This document shows, piece by piece, positions 46,601-55,183 of a stretch of DNA of 64,000 nt (within the stretch, counting starts at the first letter, position 1; every line of letters begins with the position of its first letter). A program made the position numbers and the translations under genes. Source of the stretch: Nocardioidaceae bacterium (GTDB lineage Bacteria > Actinomycetota > Actinomycetes > Propionibacteriales > Nocardioidaceae); contig JBIOUF010000014.1 of assembly GCA_044866695.1 (NCBI GenBank), forward strand, positions 30,873-94,872, written 5' to 3'. The notes under the pieces were generated by a model. The model searched no databases. It was given only the letters and a program-made list of their open reading frames with translations, and had not been told where the DNA came from.

Positions 46601-47107
46601 GATCGACCCCGCGGCGGCGGTCGTGATGCCGGCTCGCTGTGCCGGCTCGGTGGCGTCCAGGACGCGCTGGGCGGTCTCGTCGGTCAGGTCGCCGGAGCCG
46701 ACGTCCAGCAGCACCGGCGCGAACGCGGTCTGCCCGTCCTTCGACAGCAGGCCGGCGGTCTGGCCGTCGCTGCTGACCGGGTTGGTCACGCTGTAGACGT
46801 GCGGCTGCTTCTCGATCGCCTTCACCGAGTCGGTGACGGCCTTCTGGTTCGCCGAGTCGGTCAGCTTGCCCTCGGCGACGTCGAAGACGATCGGGTTCAC
46901 GCCGTTCTGCTGAGGCGGGAACCGTTCGGTGAGCAGGTCCTTGACGCTCTGGCTGCCGGTCCCGGGCAGGGACAGGTCGTTGTTGGTCTGCGCGCCGAAC
47001 ACCGACACCGCGCCGATGACCGACGCCGCCACCACCACCCAGATGGCGACCATGAGCAGGCCGTGGCGCGCGCTGAAGGAGCCGAGCCTGCGCAGCAACC
47101 GAGCCAC
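43583..47107 (-). CDS. MMPL-family (RND-type) transporter with a long coiled-coil insertion and a Pro-rich C-terminal extension
   Basis: I trimmed the track ORF to GTG 47107, which has GGAGAGGGG upstream. There are two 6-TM bundles (GIDYALFLITR..., GLSMDYEVFLVSH...). Between them, an extracytoplasmic domain carries about 300 aa of Q/R/L/A/E heptad-like sequence. The last ~140 aa are Pro-rich and overlap the SDR gene. Confidence 0.85.
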   Translation of the reverse strand: MARLLRRLGSFSARHGLLMVAIWVVVAASVIGAVSVFGAQTNNDLSLPGTGSQSVKDLLTERFPPQQNGVNPIVFDVAEGKLTDSANQKAVTDSVKAIEKQPHVYSVTNPVSSDGQTAGLLSKDGQTAFAPVLLDVGSGDLTDETAQRVLDATEPAQRAGITTAAAGSIGSALSDDQSETSEVVGIVAAMVILSLVLGSLVAMSMPIVTAVVGLGIALAIVGLAGHLFAIPSSGPTLATMIGLGVGIDYALFLITRHQDQLRAGMPMVDSIANAVATSGSAIVFAGCTVVIALLSLGVAGIPLVSALGLASAIAVVAAVLVAISLLPAFLGLLGHRIAWLSLPAFMRPERPAGSGIWARWAGVVRRHPLVVAGVSLAALAPLIVPVFSLELGQEDVGATSPDTTERQAYDLISAGFGVGYNGPLQVASELDPVAAPSEEYTKKYDKAQSLKKDLDEKQKELPKQKQQLQAEQKQLRAQQRQLEREKQQLQAEQRSLESQQAQLERQQARLQQQADRLRAQQSALERRATTLEREQRRLEAEQSRLEHRKQALERQARALAAKIRPLARELGRLLVRERVLQRRIQRAEARGDADEVARLKRRLAEVRQREAEVRQELRPLEAQARRLAREARQLQSQADHLRQQAATLQRQAGSLERQKTALQQTAARLRREGDQLQSRAASLRRQANALQRQAQQLQQQAAALQAQGDALQQQADELKAEQKQAQQEQKQAEQLKKELTDMLTQAGGDDRGTDPRVVNLQKGLSGTDGVVSLTPPQINKKGDVVLLSAVPSTAPASDTTADLVRDVRGTVLPETNQGGGITSYVGGYTASYVDLASLISARLLLVIGTVILLGFLLLMVAFRSLLIPLQAAVTNLLSAAAAFGVLTAAFQWGWGISLLGIDTADSSVPIASYVPLMMFAGLFGLSMDYEVFLVSHVQQHHHAGEEASDSVRSALTSSGRITTTAALIMASVFASFILEGDPTIKQFGVGLSVAVLLAGILVVTLAPAALVLFGRAAWWLPAWLDRILPHVSIEGEEPPTPPSSPRPPPPPPRRPPPRQHPPRPARPPPPRPPPRCAPSTPDPTPSTTPDPRRTVNAGAPSRQCWCLDPSVLVRRPDLTAQREGAGTAVLRRLVICFFTNRIAGAGATRIAQGSSAGHPCRHRRAGGSARCRAA
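43769..43834. repeat. Three copies of the 22-bp repeat seen at 34179-34288, in the opposite orientation
   Basis: The copies read CACCAGGACTGACGGGTCGAGG / CACCAACATTGACGGCTCGGCG / CGCCAGCATTGACGGTTCGGCG. The reverse complement of the consensus matches GGCCGAGCCGTCAATCCTGGTG. Confidence 0.75.
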
Positions 47108-47243
47108 GACGGTCCCCTCTCCTGCCCCTGCCGCACTGTACCGGCGTTCAATCCACGGCGGCCAGGCCTCCCTGGGACGCTGATGCCTGGTATCGGCCCG
47201 ACCGGCGTTCTCGCCGACGACGTCTCGGTGGTTGGCTGGCGCC

Positions 47244-49865
47244 ATGGAGACGCCGGGTCCGTCCCGGCCCGAGGGCCTGCGCGCGGAACACCGAGACCCG
47301 TTCGGCATCGGCGAACGGCGTCCTCGGCTGTCCTGGCGGCTGCCCGCAGGTGCGCGGCGGCAGACGGCGTACGAGCTTCGGCTGGACGACGAGACGACGC
47401 GCGGGGCCGGCGAGGACACGGTGCTGGTGCCGTGGCCCGGCCGGCCGCTCGGCTCCGGTGAGCGCCGCACGGTGCAGGTGCGGGTCTGGACCGACCTCGG
47501 CCGGAGCGAGTGGTCGGAGCCCCTCGAGGTCGAGGCGGGCCTGCTGGAGCCGTCGGACTGGCAGGCCTCGTGGGTGTCGCCGGCGTCCGAGCCGGGCGCT
47601 CCCGGGTCGCGTCCGGCATACCGCCTTCGTGGCCAGCTGGTCGTGGAGCGGCCCGTGCGGCGGGCCCGGGCGTATGCGACGGCGCACGGCGTCTACGAGC
47701 TGTACGTCAACGGGACCCGGGTGAGCCAGGACGAGCTGACGCCGGGTTTCACCGAGTACGACCGCCGCACGCAGGTGCAGACCTACGACGTGACCGGCCT
47801 GCTCGGCCAGGGGCCGCACGTCGTGGGCGCGTACCTCGCCGACGGCTGGTACCGCGGCCAGGTGGGCATCACGCGCGCCGCCGGCCAGTGGGGGAACGAG
47901 ACCGCGCTCCTGGCGCAGGTCCACCTCGAGCACGACGACGGCACCGTCACGGTGCTCGGGACCGACGCCGCCTGGCGATGGTCGGCCTCCCACATCGTGG
48001 CCGCCGACCTGATCGAGGGGCAGCGGGAGGACCGGCGGCTGGTCGAGCCGGAGTGGTGCACCCCGTCGTACGACGCCGCCTCCTGGACGCCCGTCGCGCT
48101 CACCGACGACGGGTACGACGCCCTGGTCTGCTCACCGGCGCCGCCGGTGCGGGCGGTGCAGGAGCTCCGGCCGGTCGCGGTGACCCAGCCGCGCGCCGGC
48201 GTCCAGGTGGTCGACCTCGGCCAGAACGTCAACGGCCGGGTGCGGCTGACCGACCTCGGGCCCCGGGGCACGGAGATCCGCCTGACCCACGGTGAGGCGC
48301 TCGACCAGCACGGCGACGTGACCGTCGAGCATCTGCGCCCGGCCGTTCCGTTCCTGGCCGAGCCGCTCTCCGCCGGCCAGGTCGACTCCGTCGTGTCCGC
48401 GGGCCTCGAGGGCGACGCGTTCGAGCCGAGGTTCACCACGCACGGCTTCCGGTACGTCCGCGTCGAGGGCCATCCCGGCCGGCTCGACCCCGCAGACGTC
48501 ACGGGCGTCGTGGTGCACACCGACCTGGAGCGACGCGGCGGCTTCCAGTGCGACGTGGAGCGGCTGAACCGGCTGCACGACGCCGCGGTGTGGAGCCTGC
48601 GCGACAACGCCTGCGACATCCCGACGGACTGCCCGCACCGGGAGCGCGCCGGGTGGACCGGTGACTGGCAGCTCTACGTCCCCACGGCTTCGTTCCTGTA
48701 CGACGTCGCCGGCTTCTCCCGCAAGTGGCTGCGCGACGTCGCGGTCGGGCAGTGGCCCGACGGGACCGTCGGCAACATGGCCCCGATGCCGCGTGCGGAG
48801 CGGACCGGGTTCCTCGAGAGGCTGAACGGGTCGGCCGGCTGGGGCGACGCCGTGGTGCTGGTGCCGTGGGAGCTGTTCTCCGAGTACGGCGACACCGACG
48901 TGCTCGACGAGATGTGGCCGGTGATGGTCGCGTGGCTGGGCCGCGCCGAGCGGATGGCCGCGACGGGCCGCCATCCCGACCGCGTCTCGCGCGCGGCCGG
49001 GGCCGCCCCGCACGAGCGGTTCCTCTGGGACACCGGCTTCCACTGGGGCGAGTGGCTCGAGCCGGGCGCGGAACCGACCGACTTCCCGGCGTTCATGGCC
49101 GCGGACAAGGCCGACGTCGCGACCGCGTACTTCGCCTGGAGCGCGGACCACCTGGCGCGGGTCGCAGCGGTCCTCGGCCGCGCCGCCGATGCCACCCGCT
49201 ACGCCCGGCTGAGCCGCAGGGTCGTCGCCGCGTGGCGGGCCGAGTTCGTCCGGGCCGGACGGGTGGAGCCGCGCACGCAGGCCAACCTGGTGCGCGCGCT
49301 GCGGTTCGGCCTGGTGCCCGAAGACCTGCGCCAGCCCGCCGCCGACGACCTCGCGGCGCTGGTGGTCGCCGCGGACACCCACCTGGCGACCGGGTTCCTC
49401 GCCACCCCCGACCTGCTCCCCGTGCTGGCCGACAACGGCCATCTCGACCTCGCCTACGACCTGCTGCTGCAGGACAGCGCCCCGTCGTGGCTCGCGATGG
49501 TCGACCGCGGCGCCACCACCATGTGGGAGCGGTGGGACGGGGTCGACGAGCACGGTACGCCGCACGAGTCCCTCAACCACTACTCGAAGGGAGCGGTGAT
49601 CTCGTTCCTGCATCGGTACGTCGCGGGCCTGGAGCGGCTCGCGCCCACCTGGCGGCGGTTCCGCGTGCGACCGCGCCCGGGCGGTGGCGTCCGACGGGCG
49701 TCGGCGTACCACGAGACACCGCACGGCACCGCGGCCGTCGAGTGGCGGCTCGGTGACGAGCTCGAGCTGACCGTCACCGTGCCGCCCGGGTGCACCGCCG
49801 AAGTCGTGCTGCCGTCGGGTGCGACGGCTCCGGTGGGACCGGGCCGCCACGAGCTGCGGGGGTGA
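47244..49865 (+). CDS. Alpha-L-rhamnosidase (GH78 family)
   Basis: RPRLSWRL...TAYELRL...AHGVYELYVNG.RV....LTPGFT.Y..R...QTYDVT.LL...DCPHRERAGWTGD...TMWERW. I placed the start at ATG 47244; the track uses TTG 47232. Confidence 0.9.
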   Translation: METPGPSRPEGLRAEHRDPFGIGERRPRLSWRLPAGARRQTAYELRLDDETTRGAGEDTVLVPWPGRPLGSGERRTVQVRVWTDLGRSEWSEPLEVEAGLLEPSDWQASWVSPASEPGAPGSRPAYRLRGQLVVERPVRRARAYATAHGVYELYVNGTRVSQDELTPGFTEYDRRTQVQTYDVTGLLGQGPHVVGAYLADGWYRGQVGITRAAGQWGNETALLAQVHLEHDDGTVTVLGTDAAWRWSASHIVAADLIEGQREDRRLVEPEWCTPSYDAASWTPVALTDDGYDALVCSPAPPVRAVQELRPVAVTQPRAGVQVVDLGQNVNGRVRLTDLGPRGTEIRLTHGEALDQHGDVTVEHLRPAVPFLAEPLSAGQVDSVVSAGLEGDAFEPRFTTHGFRYVRVEGHPGRLDPADVTGVVVHTDLERRGGFQCDVERLNRLHDAAVWSLRDNACDIPTDCPHRERAGWTGDWQLYVPTASFLYDVAGFSRKWLRDVAVGQWPDGTVGNMAPMPRAERTGFLERLNGSAGWGDAVVLVPWELFSEYGDTDVLDEMWPVMVAWLGRAERMAATGRHPDRVSRAAGAAPHERFLWDTGFHWGEWLEPGAEPTDFPAFMAADKADVATAYFAWSADHLARVAAVLGRAADATRYARLSRRVVAAWRAEFVRAGRVEPRTQANLVRALRFGLVPEDLRQPAADDLAALVVAADTHLATGFLATPDLLPVLADNGHLDLAYDLLLQDSAPSWLAMVDRGATTMWERWDGVDEHGTPHESLNHYSKGAVISFLHRYVAGLERLAPTWRRFRVRPRPGGGVRRASAYHETPHGTAAVEWRLGDELELTVTVPPGCTAEVVLPSGATAPVGPGRHELRG

Positions 49866-49873
49866 GCAGCCGG

Positions 49874-50434
49874 TCAGTCGCGGGGGCCGCCGTGCATCAG
49901 GCCGGAGAGGCCGCCGGGGATGGTGGCGGCCAGGTCCTCGTCGAGCCGGCCGTCGACCAGGACGAAGACCACGCGGGCGGTGCGGTCGCCGCGGTTGGCC
50001 CAGGCATGGTCGGTGCCGCGCTGGACGACGACGTCACCGGCGCGCAGGGTGACCTCCGAGTCGTCCAGCACCAAGGTGATCTCGCCCTCCAGGACGATGC
50101 CGTAGTCGATGGACGCGGTGCGGTGCACGGGGGACTGCAGTCCCCGCGCGTCGAGGTGGCCCGGGCGGAACTCGTTGATGCGGATCTTGGTGCCGCATGG
50201 CGGCGGCGGCACCGCGAGGGTGCGCTCGGTGGGCTCGTTCGGCTCCACTGCCGTGATCGGCGCCGGCGCGCCCTCGGTGTTCCAGATCTCGTGGAACGCC
50301 ACGCCGTCGTCGGGGAGCTCGCGGCTCACCGGCACCGGCCCGTCGGACAGCACGACCGAGACGCCCGACGGCGTGTGGCCCGTGACCACCCGCCGGGGAA
50401 CCACCTGCCGGGGATCGGGGGCGCCGGAGCTCAT
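49874..50434 (-). CDS. Cupin-domain protein
   Basis: Trimmed to ATG 50434, which has an ATGA overlap with the MBL gene. It carries HRTASIDYGIVLEGEITLVLDDSEVTLRAGDVVVQRGTDHAW. Confidence 0.8.
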   Translation of the reverse strand: MSSGAPDPRQVVPRRVVTGHTPSGVSVVLSDGPVPVSRELPDDGVAFHEIWNTEGAPAPITAVEPNEPTERTLAVPPPPCGTKIRINEFRPGHLDARGLQSPVHRTASIDYGIVLEGEITLVLDDSEVTLRAGDVVVQRGTDHAWANRGDRTARVVFVLVDGRLDEDLAATIPGGLSGLMHGGPRD

Positions 50435-51360
50435 GCGTGGCAGGGGATCGGGCCGCCGTGGAAGGTGACCATGTCCGGCCACACCGACGGGACGGTGAGC
50501 CGGGTGTCCATCGGGTTGCCGGACAGCTCGGAGTAGGCGCGGTGCAGGTTGCCGACGAACCGTTCGGTCTCCGCCCACCCGCTGAAGGCGTTGTCGCGAT
50601 GCTTCTGCGCGGCCTCGAGGGGCGTCATGCCGGCGGCGTACGACACCTCGGCGACCTCGGCGACGTACGCGACGTAGGCGTCCAGGTCGTCCAGCAGCCG
50701 GCCCACCTCGTCGCCGCGACATACCTGGCCGTGGCCCGGAGCGAGCACCTCCGGCTCCAGCACGCGCATCTGCGCGATCGCACTCCTGAACCCGGCGACC
50801 GAGCCCTCGAGCAGGAAGGGCTGGCCGCCGGAGAAGGCCAGGTCGCCGGCGAACAGCACCCGCTGCTCGGGTAGCCAGACGACCACGTCGTTGCTGGTGT
50901 GGGCGCGGCCCACGTGCCGCAGCTCGACGGGGAACCCGTCCAGGTGCAGCGTCATCCGGTCGGAGAAGGTCAGCTCCGGCGGGCGGAGCACCAGGTCCCC
51001 GTAGTCGGGCGCGGTGATGACCTTGGTGGCCTCGAGGCCGGCCGCGAGCACCTCGTCACGGCACCGGTCGTGGCCGATGACGAGGGTCTCGGGCGGGAGG
51101 AAGCCGTTGCCGTAGGTGTGGTCCGGGTGGTGGTGGGTGTTCACGAGGGCCCTGGGCGAGCCGGTGCTGACCCGGGCGACCTCTGCCAGCACGGCACGGT
51201 TGCGCCGCTCGGTGGACGTGGTGTCCACCATCACCGCGGCGCCGCTGCCGTCGACGACGACACCGCAGTTGTTGACCATCCAGCCTCCGTCGGGCTGCAC
51301 GTAGGCGTAGACGCCGTCGGCCAGCTCGTCCACGTAGGGGTTGCCGTCGTCCCAGGTCAC
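50431..51360 (-). CDS. MBL-fold metallo-hydrolase
   Basis: NTHHHPDHTYGN is the HxHxDH motif; also ...GHG.... Confidence 0.9.
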   Translation of the reverse strand: MTWDDGNPYVDELADGVYAYVQPDGGWMVNNCGVVVDGSGAAVMVDTTSTERRNRAVLAEVARVSTGSPRALVNTHHHPDHTYGNGFLPPETLVIGHDRCRDEVLAAGLEATKVITAPDYGDLVLRPPELTFSDRMTLHLDGFPVELRHVGRAHTSNDVVVWLPEQRVLFAGDLAFSGGQPFLLEGSVAGFRSAIAQMRVLEPEVLAPGHGQVCRGDEVGRLLDDLDAYVAYVAEVAEVSYAAGMTPLEAAQKHRDNAFSGWAETERFVGNLHRAYSELSGNPMDTRLTVPSVWPDMVTFHGGPIPCHA

Positions 51361-51456
51361 CGCTGCTCCGTTCTCCTCGGGCCGTCAACGTCAAGCAAGC
51401 ACCACCGCGACCCCCGAGGACAACCCCCGCGACCATCGCGAGGGCCGATCGCTGGC

Positions 51457-52719
51457 ATGCCGGATGACGCCGTTCCCGGTGAGCACGGCTGCTGGTTGAC
51501 TGCGGCGGTGTCCCGTCCGTCGCCCGCCAGCGCCCCGGCCACGCCGTCCGCGCAGCGGGTCGGGTGGCCGCTCCTGGTGGTGCTCGCCTCGCTCGCGGCG
51601 GTGGCGCCGGTGGCGACCGACCTCTACCTGCCCGGCTTCCCGGCCATGGCCGAGGCGCTGGACGCCGACGCCAGCGGCGTGCAGCTGACCCTCACCTCGT
51701 TCCTGGTCGGGATGGCGGTCGGGCAGCTGGTCATGGGGCCGCTGTCGGACCGGTACGGGCGACGTCGACCGCTCGTCGCCAGCGCCGCCGTCTGCGCTGC
51801 CAGCGCGGTCGTCTGCGCGATGGCCTCGACGCTTCCCCTCCTCGTGGCCGCCCGGCTGCTCCAGGGCCTGGCCGGCGCGGGCGGCATGGTGATCGGCCGC
51901 GCGGTGATCTCCGACGTCGTCACCGGGCGGGCCGCCGCGAAGGCGTTCACGATGATGCTCACGGTCGGAGGCGTCGCGCCGGTCCTCGCGCCCCTGGTCG
52001 GGGGCCTGCTGGCCGGCCCGGTCGGGTGGCGCGGCATGCTGTGGACCGTCGCCGGCCTCTGCGCGGCCATGCTGGCCGGGGTCGTGCTGGTGGTGCGGGA
52101 GACCCGCCCGGTGGAGGTGCGTGCTCAGCACTCCACCTCGTGGCCGGCGGCGATGCGGACCGTGCTCGGGTCACGCTCCTACCGCGGCCCGGTGGCGGTG
52201 TTCGCGTTGTCGTTCGGGGTGATGATGGCCTACATCTCCGCCTCGCCGTTCGTCTACCAGAACGTCGTCGGGCTCTCGGAGGTGGGCTACGGGGTCGCGT
52301 TCGGCGTCAACGCCGTCGGCCTGATCGCCGCCGGCGCGGTGGCCGGCAGGCTGGTCGACCGGGTCTCGCCGCAGCGGCTGCTCCGCGCGACCGTGACCGC
52401 CCAGGTCGTCGCCACCGTGGCGTTCCTCGCGCTCGCGGTGACCGGAGCGCCCGCGTGGACCTATCCCGTGCCGATCTTCGTCGCGGTGGCCACGAACGGC
52501 GGGATCATGGGCAACGCCGCGGCGCTGGCGATGGCCGAGGTGCGGCCCGTGGCGGGCACCGGCAGCGCGGTGCTCGGGTTCGCCCAGTTCGCGGTCGGCG
52601 CGGTCGTGTCCCCCCTGGTGGGCCTCGGTGGGGAGGCGTCCGCGGTCGTGCCCGCCCTGGTGATGGCGACCGCGTCGCTGCTCGGCTTCACCGTGAGCCG
52701 GGTCGGCCTGCCTCGCTGA
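51457..52719 (+). CDS. MFS transporter, Bcr/CflA-type drug-resistance family
   Basis: ATDLYLPGFPAMAEAL...GPLSDRYGRRRPL...LLQGLAGAGGMVIGRAVISD. Confidence 0.85.
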   Translation: MPDDAVPGEHGCWLTAAVSRPSPASAPATPSAQRVGWPLLVVLASLAAVAPVATDLYLPGFPAMAEALDADASGVQLTLTSFLVGMAVGQLVMGPLSDRYGRRRPLVASAAVCAASAVVCAMASTLPLLVAARLLQGLAGAGGMVIGRAVISDVVTGRAAAKAFTMMLTVGGVAPVLAPLVGGLLAGPVGWRGMLWTVAGLCAAMLAGVVLVVRETRPVEVRAQHSTSWPAAMRTVLGSRSYRGPVAVFALSFGVMMAYISASPFVYQNVVGLSEVGYGVAFGVNAVGLIAAGAVAGRLVDRVSPQRLLRATVTAQVVATVAFLALAVTGAPAWTYPVPIFVAVATNGGIMGNAAALAMAEVRPVAGTGSAVLGFAQFAVGAVVSPLVGLGGEASAVVPALVMATASLLGFTVSRVGLPR

Positions 52720-52730
52720 ACCCCCGAGCC

Positions 52731-52883
52731 GGCCCATCTTCTCTCGGGTGGCCCGTCGAGGCGGCGGGTCGTGGGCCGGGTGGGTGGTCGAGTGGGCGGG
52801 TCTTGGGCCGGGTGGGTGGTCGAGTGGGCGCATCTTCCGCCGGGTGGGCCCGTCGCGTCATCTGGAGGCCGGGCCATCTTCCC
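52731..52883. repeat. G-rich degenerate tandem repeats (32-bp period core GGGCCGGGTGGGTGGTCGAGTGGGCG x2)
   Basis: Core copies lie at 52773-52798 and 52805-52830. Flanking CATCTTC...GGGTGG(G)CCCGTCG motifs lie at about 52735, 52831 and 52875. Confidence 0.65.
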
Positions 52884-53082
52884 GGGACGGCGGCACGGGC
52901 AACCACCCCTCCGCTCGTTCCTCGCTCCGGGGGGCCAGTCCCATCCACGCCCGCGCCGCCGCCCCGGTCCGGCGCCCCGGCCTCCGGGATCACGCCAGGG
53001 GGGACTTCCCGGCCCACCGAGTGGGGTTGCATGCCTCGCCGGTGCCCGTGGGGAGGCCACAGGCGTGACGTCGGCGGAGGTT

Positions 53083-53197
53083 GCGCCGGGTGGGGCCCCC
53101 AGGCTGGGGACGTTGCGCCGGGTCGGCGGGGGATGCGGGGGAGGTTGTGCCGGGTGGGCGGGGGATGCGGGGGAGGATGCGCCGGGTGGGCGGGGGG
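53083..53197. repeat. 32-bp G-rich tandem repeat, about 3.6 copies (GYGCCGGGTSGGCGGGGGATGCGGGGGAGGWT)
   Basis: GCGCCGGGT / GTGCCGGGT begin at 53083, 53115, 53147 and 53179. The array abuts the LysR stop codon at 53198. Confidence 0.8.
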
Positions 53198-54136
53198 TCA
53201 GGACGTGACGGCGTCGTCCTCGACGGCCACGGCGACGTCGTGGAGGAGGCGGCGCAGCCACACGACCGCCGGGTCGGTCTCGCGGCGGGGGTGCCAGTGC
53301 GCGGCCTCGACGATCCGCACCGGCTCCAGCGGCGTCTGGGCAACCACCAGGTCCAAGACGTCCAGGCAGCGGCGGGCCAGGCGGGCCGGGACGAACGCGC
53401 ACATGCCGGTCCCCCCGACGGCGAACGGCACGGTGAGCAGGCTGGTGACCTGGACCAGGACGGTGCGGTCGGCCAGCCCCTTCCGCTCCAGCTCGACCTC
53501 CAGCGGCCGCCGGCGCTCGCCCGCCGCCCCGAACTCGGCCACGGCGTGCGGGAGGGCACGAAGGTCGTCGAGGGTCAGGGTGCCGCCGTGCAGCCGGGGG
53601 TTGTCGCGCGCCACCACGCACACCAGGTGGTCGGTGAACACCGGCTGGGTGCGGCCGGGGAGGTCGAAGCCGAGCGGGCCGATGACCAGGTCGCGTCGCA
53701 TCAGCTGGGTCTCCAGCCGCGCCGGCGCGTCGAGCGGGTCGAGCGCGACGGAACACCCCGGCGCCTGTTCGCCGAGGAGTCGCATGAGCGGCTCGGCCAG
53801 GACCGTCATGGCGTACTCCGACATGCTCACGGTGAACGCCCGCGCACTGCTCTGCGGGTCGAACTCCCGCTCGTTGCCGAGCAGCGCCTCGGCGGCCTCG
53901 ACCGCCTCGGCCACCTGCGGGCGGAGCCCTTCGGCGAGCGGGGTGAGCTCGAACCCGCGGCCGACCCGGACCAGCAGCTCGTCGTCGAAGTGCCTGCGCA
54001 GCCGGGCCAGTGCGCCGCTCATCGCGGGCTGGCTCATCGTCATGCGCTCGCCGGCGTGGGTGAGGTTGCGCTCCTCCAGCAGCGCGTGCAGGGAGAGCAG
54101 CAGGTTCGCGTCCACGTCGCGAAGCCGCTCCCGCAC
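53198..54136 (-). CDS. LysR-family (NodD-like) transcriptional regulator
   Basis: I trimmed track ORF 53198..55120 to GTG 54136, which has GGGAGG 8 nt upstream. It carries DANLLLSLHALLEERNLTHAGERMTMSQPAMSGALARLRRHFDDELLVRVGRG. Confidence 0.85.
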   Translation of the reverse strand: MRERLRDVDANLLLSLHALLEERNLTHAGERMTMSQPAMSGALARLRRHFDDELLVRVGRGFELTPLAEGLRPQVAEAVEAAEALLGNEREFDPQSSARAFTVSMSEYAMTVLAEPLMRLLGEQAPGCSVALDPLDAPARLETQLMRRDLVIGPLGFDLPGRTQPVFTDHLVCVVARDNPRLHGGTLTLDDLRALPHAVAEFGAAGERRRPLEVELERKGLADRTVLVQVTSLLTVPFAVGGTGMCAFVPARLARRCLDVLDLVVAQTPLEPVRIVEAAHWHPRRETDPAVVWLRRLLHDVAVAVEDDAVTS

Positions 54137-54204
54137 GGTCAAGACCTCCCGGTTCGCAGCGCCGCCACGTCGCTCGGACTCTAGTGTGTGAAGGGCCACG
54201 AGGG

Positions 54205-54223
54205 GTGGTGATCGCGACCACCT
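54205..54223. promoter_or_regulatory. Inverted repeat GGTGGT-GATCGCG-ACCACC in the divergent LysR/LysR intergenic region
   Basis: Perfect 6-bp arms sit in the 120-bp gap between the two divergent LysR starts. This is compatible with a T-N11-A type LysR box. Confidence 0.35.
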
Positions 54224-54256
54224 GGATGCGGGTGGAGGCAAAGGAGCGGTTCGCGG

Positions 54257-55174
54257 ATGGCGCTGGGAGGCACCGACCTCAACCTGCTGCTGTCGCTGAA
54301 GGTGCTGCTGGAGGAGGCCAACGTCACCCGGGCCGGCCAGCGGCTGGACCTCAGCCAGCCGGCCATGAGCGCCGCGCTCGCCCGGCTGCGGCGCCGCTTC
54401 GACGACGAGCTGTTGGTGCGGTCCGGCCGTGACCACGTGCTCACCCCGTTCGCCCGCGACCTGCTGCCGGAGGTGCAGCACGCCGTGCGGCTGACCGCCC
54501 GCGCGCTGCAGCTGGAGGACGAGTTCGACCCCGCCACGAGCGACCGGGTGTTCCGGCTGGCGATGAGCGACTACGCGATCGCCGTCGTACACGAGCCCCT
54601 GATCCGTCTGCTTGGCGCCACCGCACCGGGAGTCGGGCTGGCCATCGCCCATCTGGGTCCCGACGCGCGCACGTCGGACCGGGTGCTGCTCGACCACGAC
54701 GCCCTGATCGCGCCGCTGGGGTTCGGGTTCCCCGGAGAGTCCCGGCCACTCTGGCGCGACCGGATGGTGGTCATCGCGGACCGCGCGCACCCCCGGCTGC
54801 GGAACGGCGCCTTCACGCTGGAGGACCTCGCCGAGCTGCCCCATGCGGTCGCCGGCTTCGGGCCAGGCGTGCTGACCCCCGTGGACCGGGTCTTCGGCGA
54901 GCTGGGCATCGACCGCCGGATCGCCTTGCAGGTGGCCGGGTTCCTGCCGCTGCCGTTCGTGGTCGAAGGAACCGGGATGGTCGCGGTCGTGCCGGAGAAG
55001 CTGGCCCGCATCCACCTGCGCCCGGGCGGCCCGGTCGCCATGGTCGAGCCGCCGTTCGCCGACGTGGTGCTGGCCGAGGGCTACTGGTTCGCCGCGGACC
55101 GGCTCTCCGACCCCGCCCACCGGTGGCTGTTCGCGCGGATGGACCAGCTGGCCGCGGAGCTGGCGAAGGACTGA
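54257..55174 (+). CDS. LysR-family (NodD-like) transcriptional regulator, paralogue of 53198..54136
   Basis: DLNLLLSLKVLLEEANVTRAGQRLDLSQPAMSAALARLRRRFDDELLVRSGRD is collinear with its divergent neighbour along the whole length. Confidence 0.85.
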   Translation: MALGGTDLNLLLSLKVLLEEANVTRAGQRLDLSQPAMSAALARLRRRFDDELLVRSGRDHVLTPFARDLLPEVQHAVRLTARALQLEDEFDPATSDRVFRLAMSDYAIAVVHEPLIRLLGATAPGVGLAIAHLGPDARTSDRVLLDHDALIAPLGFGFPGESRPLWRDRMVVIADRAHPRLRNGAFTLEDLAELPHAVAGFGPGVLTPVDRVFGELGIDRRIALQVAGFLPLPFVVEGTGMVAVVPEKLARIHLRPGGPVAMVEPPFADVVLAEGYWFAADRLSDPAHRWLFARMDQLAAELAKD

Positions 55175-55183
55175 GCGCGAACC

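Noticed and set aside
47108-47470. N-terminal extension of the MMPL ORF (track start 47470)
   Set aside because: The extension is Arg/Pro/Ser-rich and crosses into the divergent promoter region and the GH78 5' end. GTG 47107 with GGAGAGGGG upstream gives the normal MMPL N-terminus.
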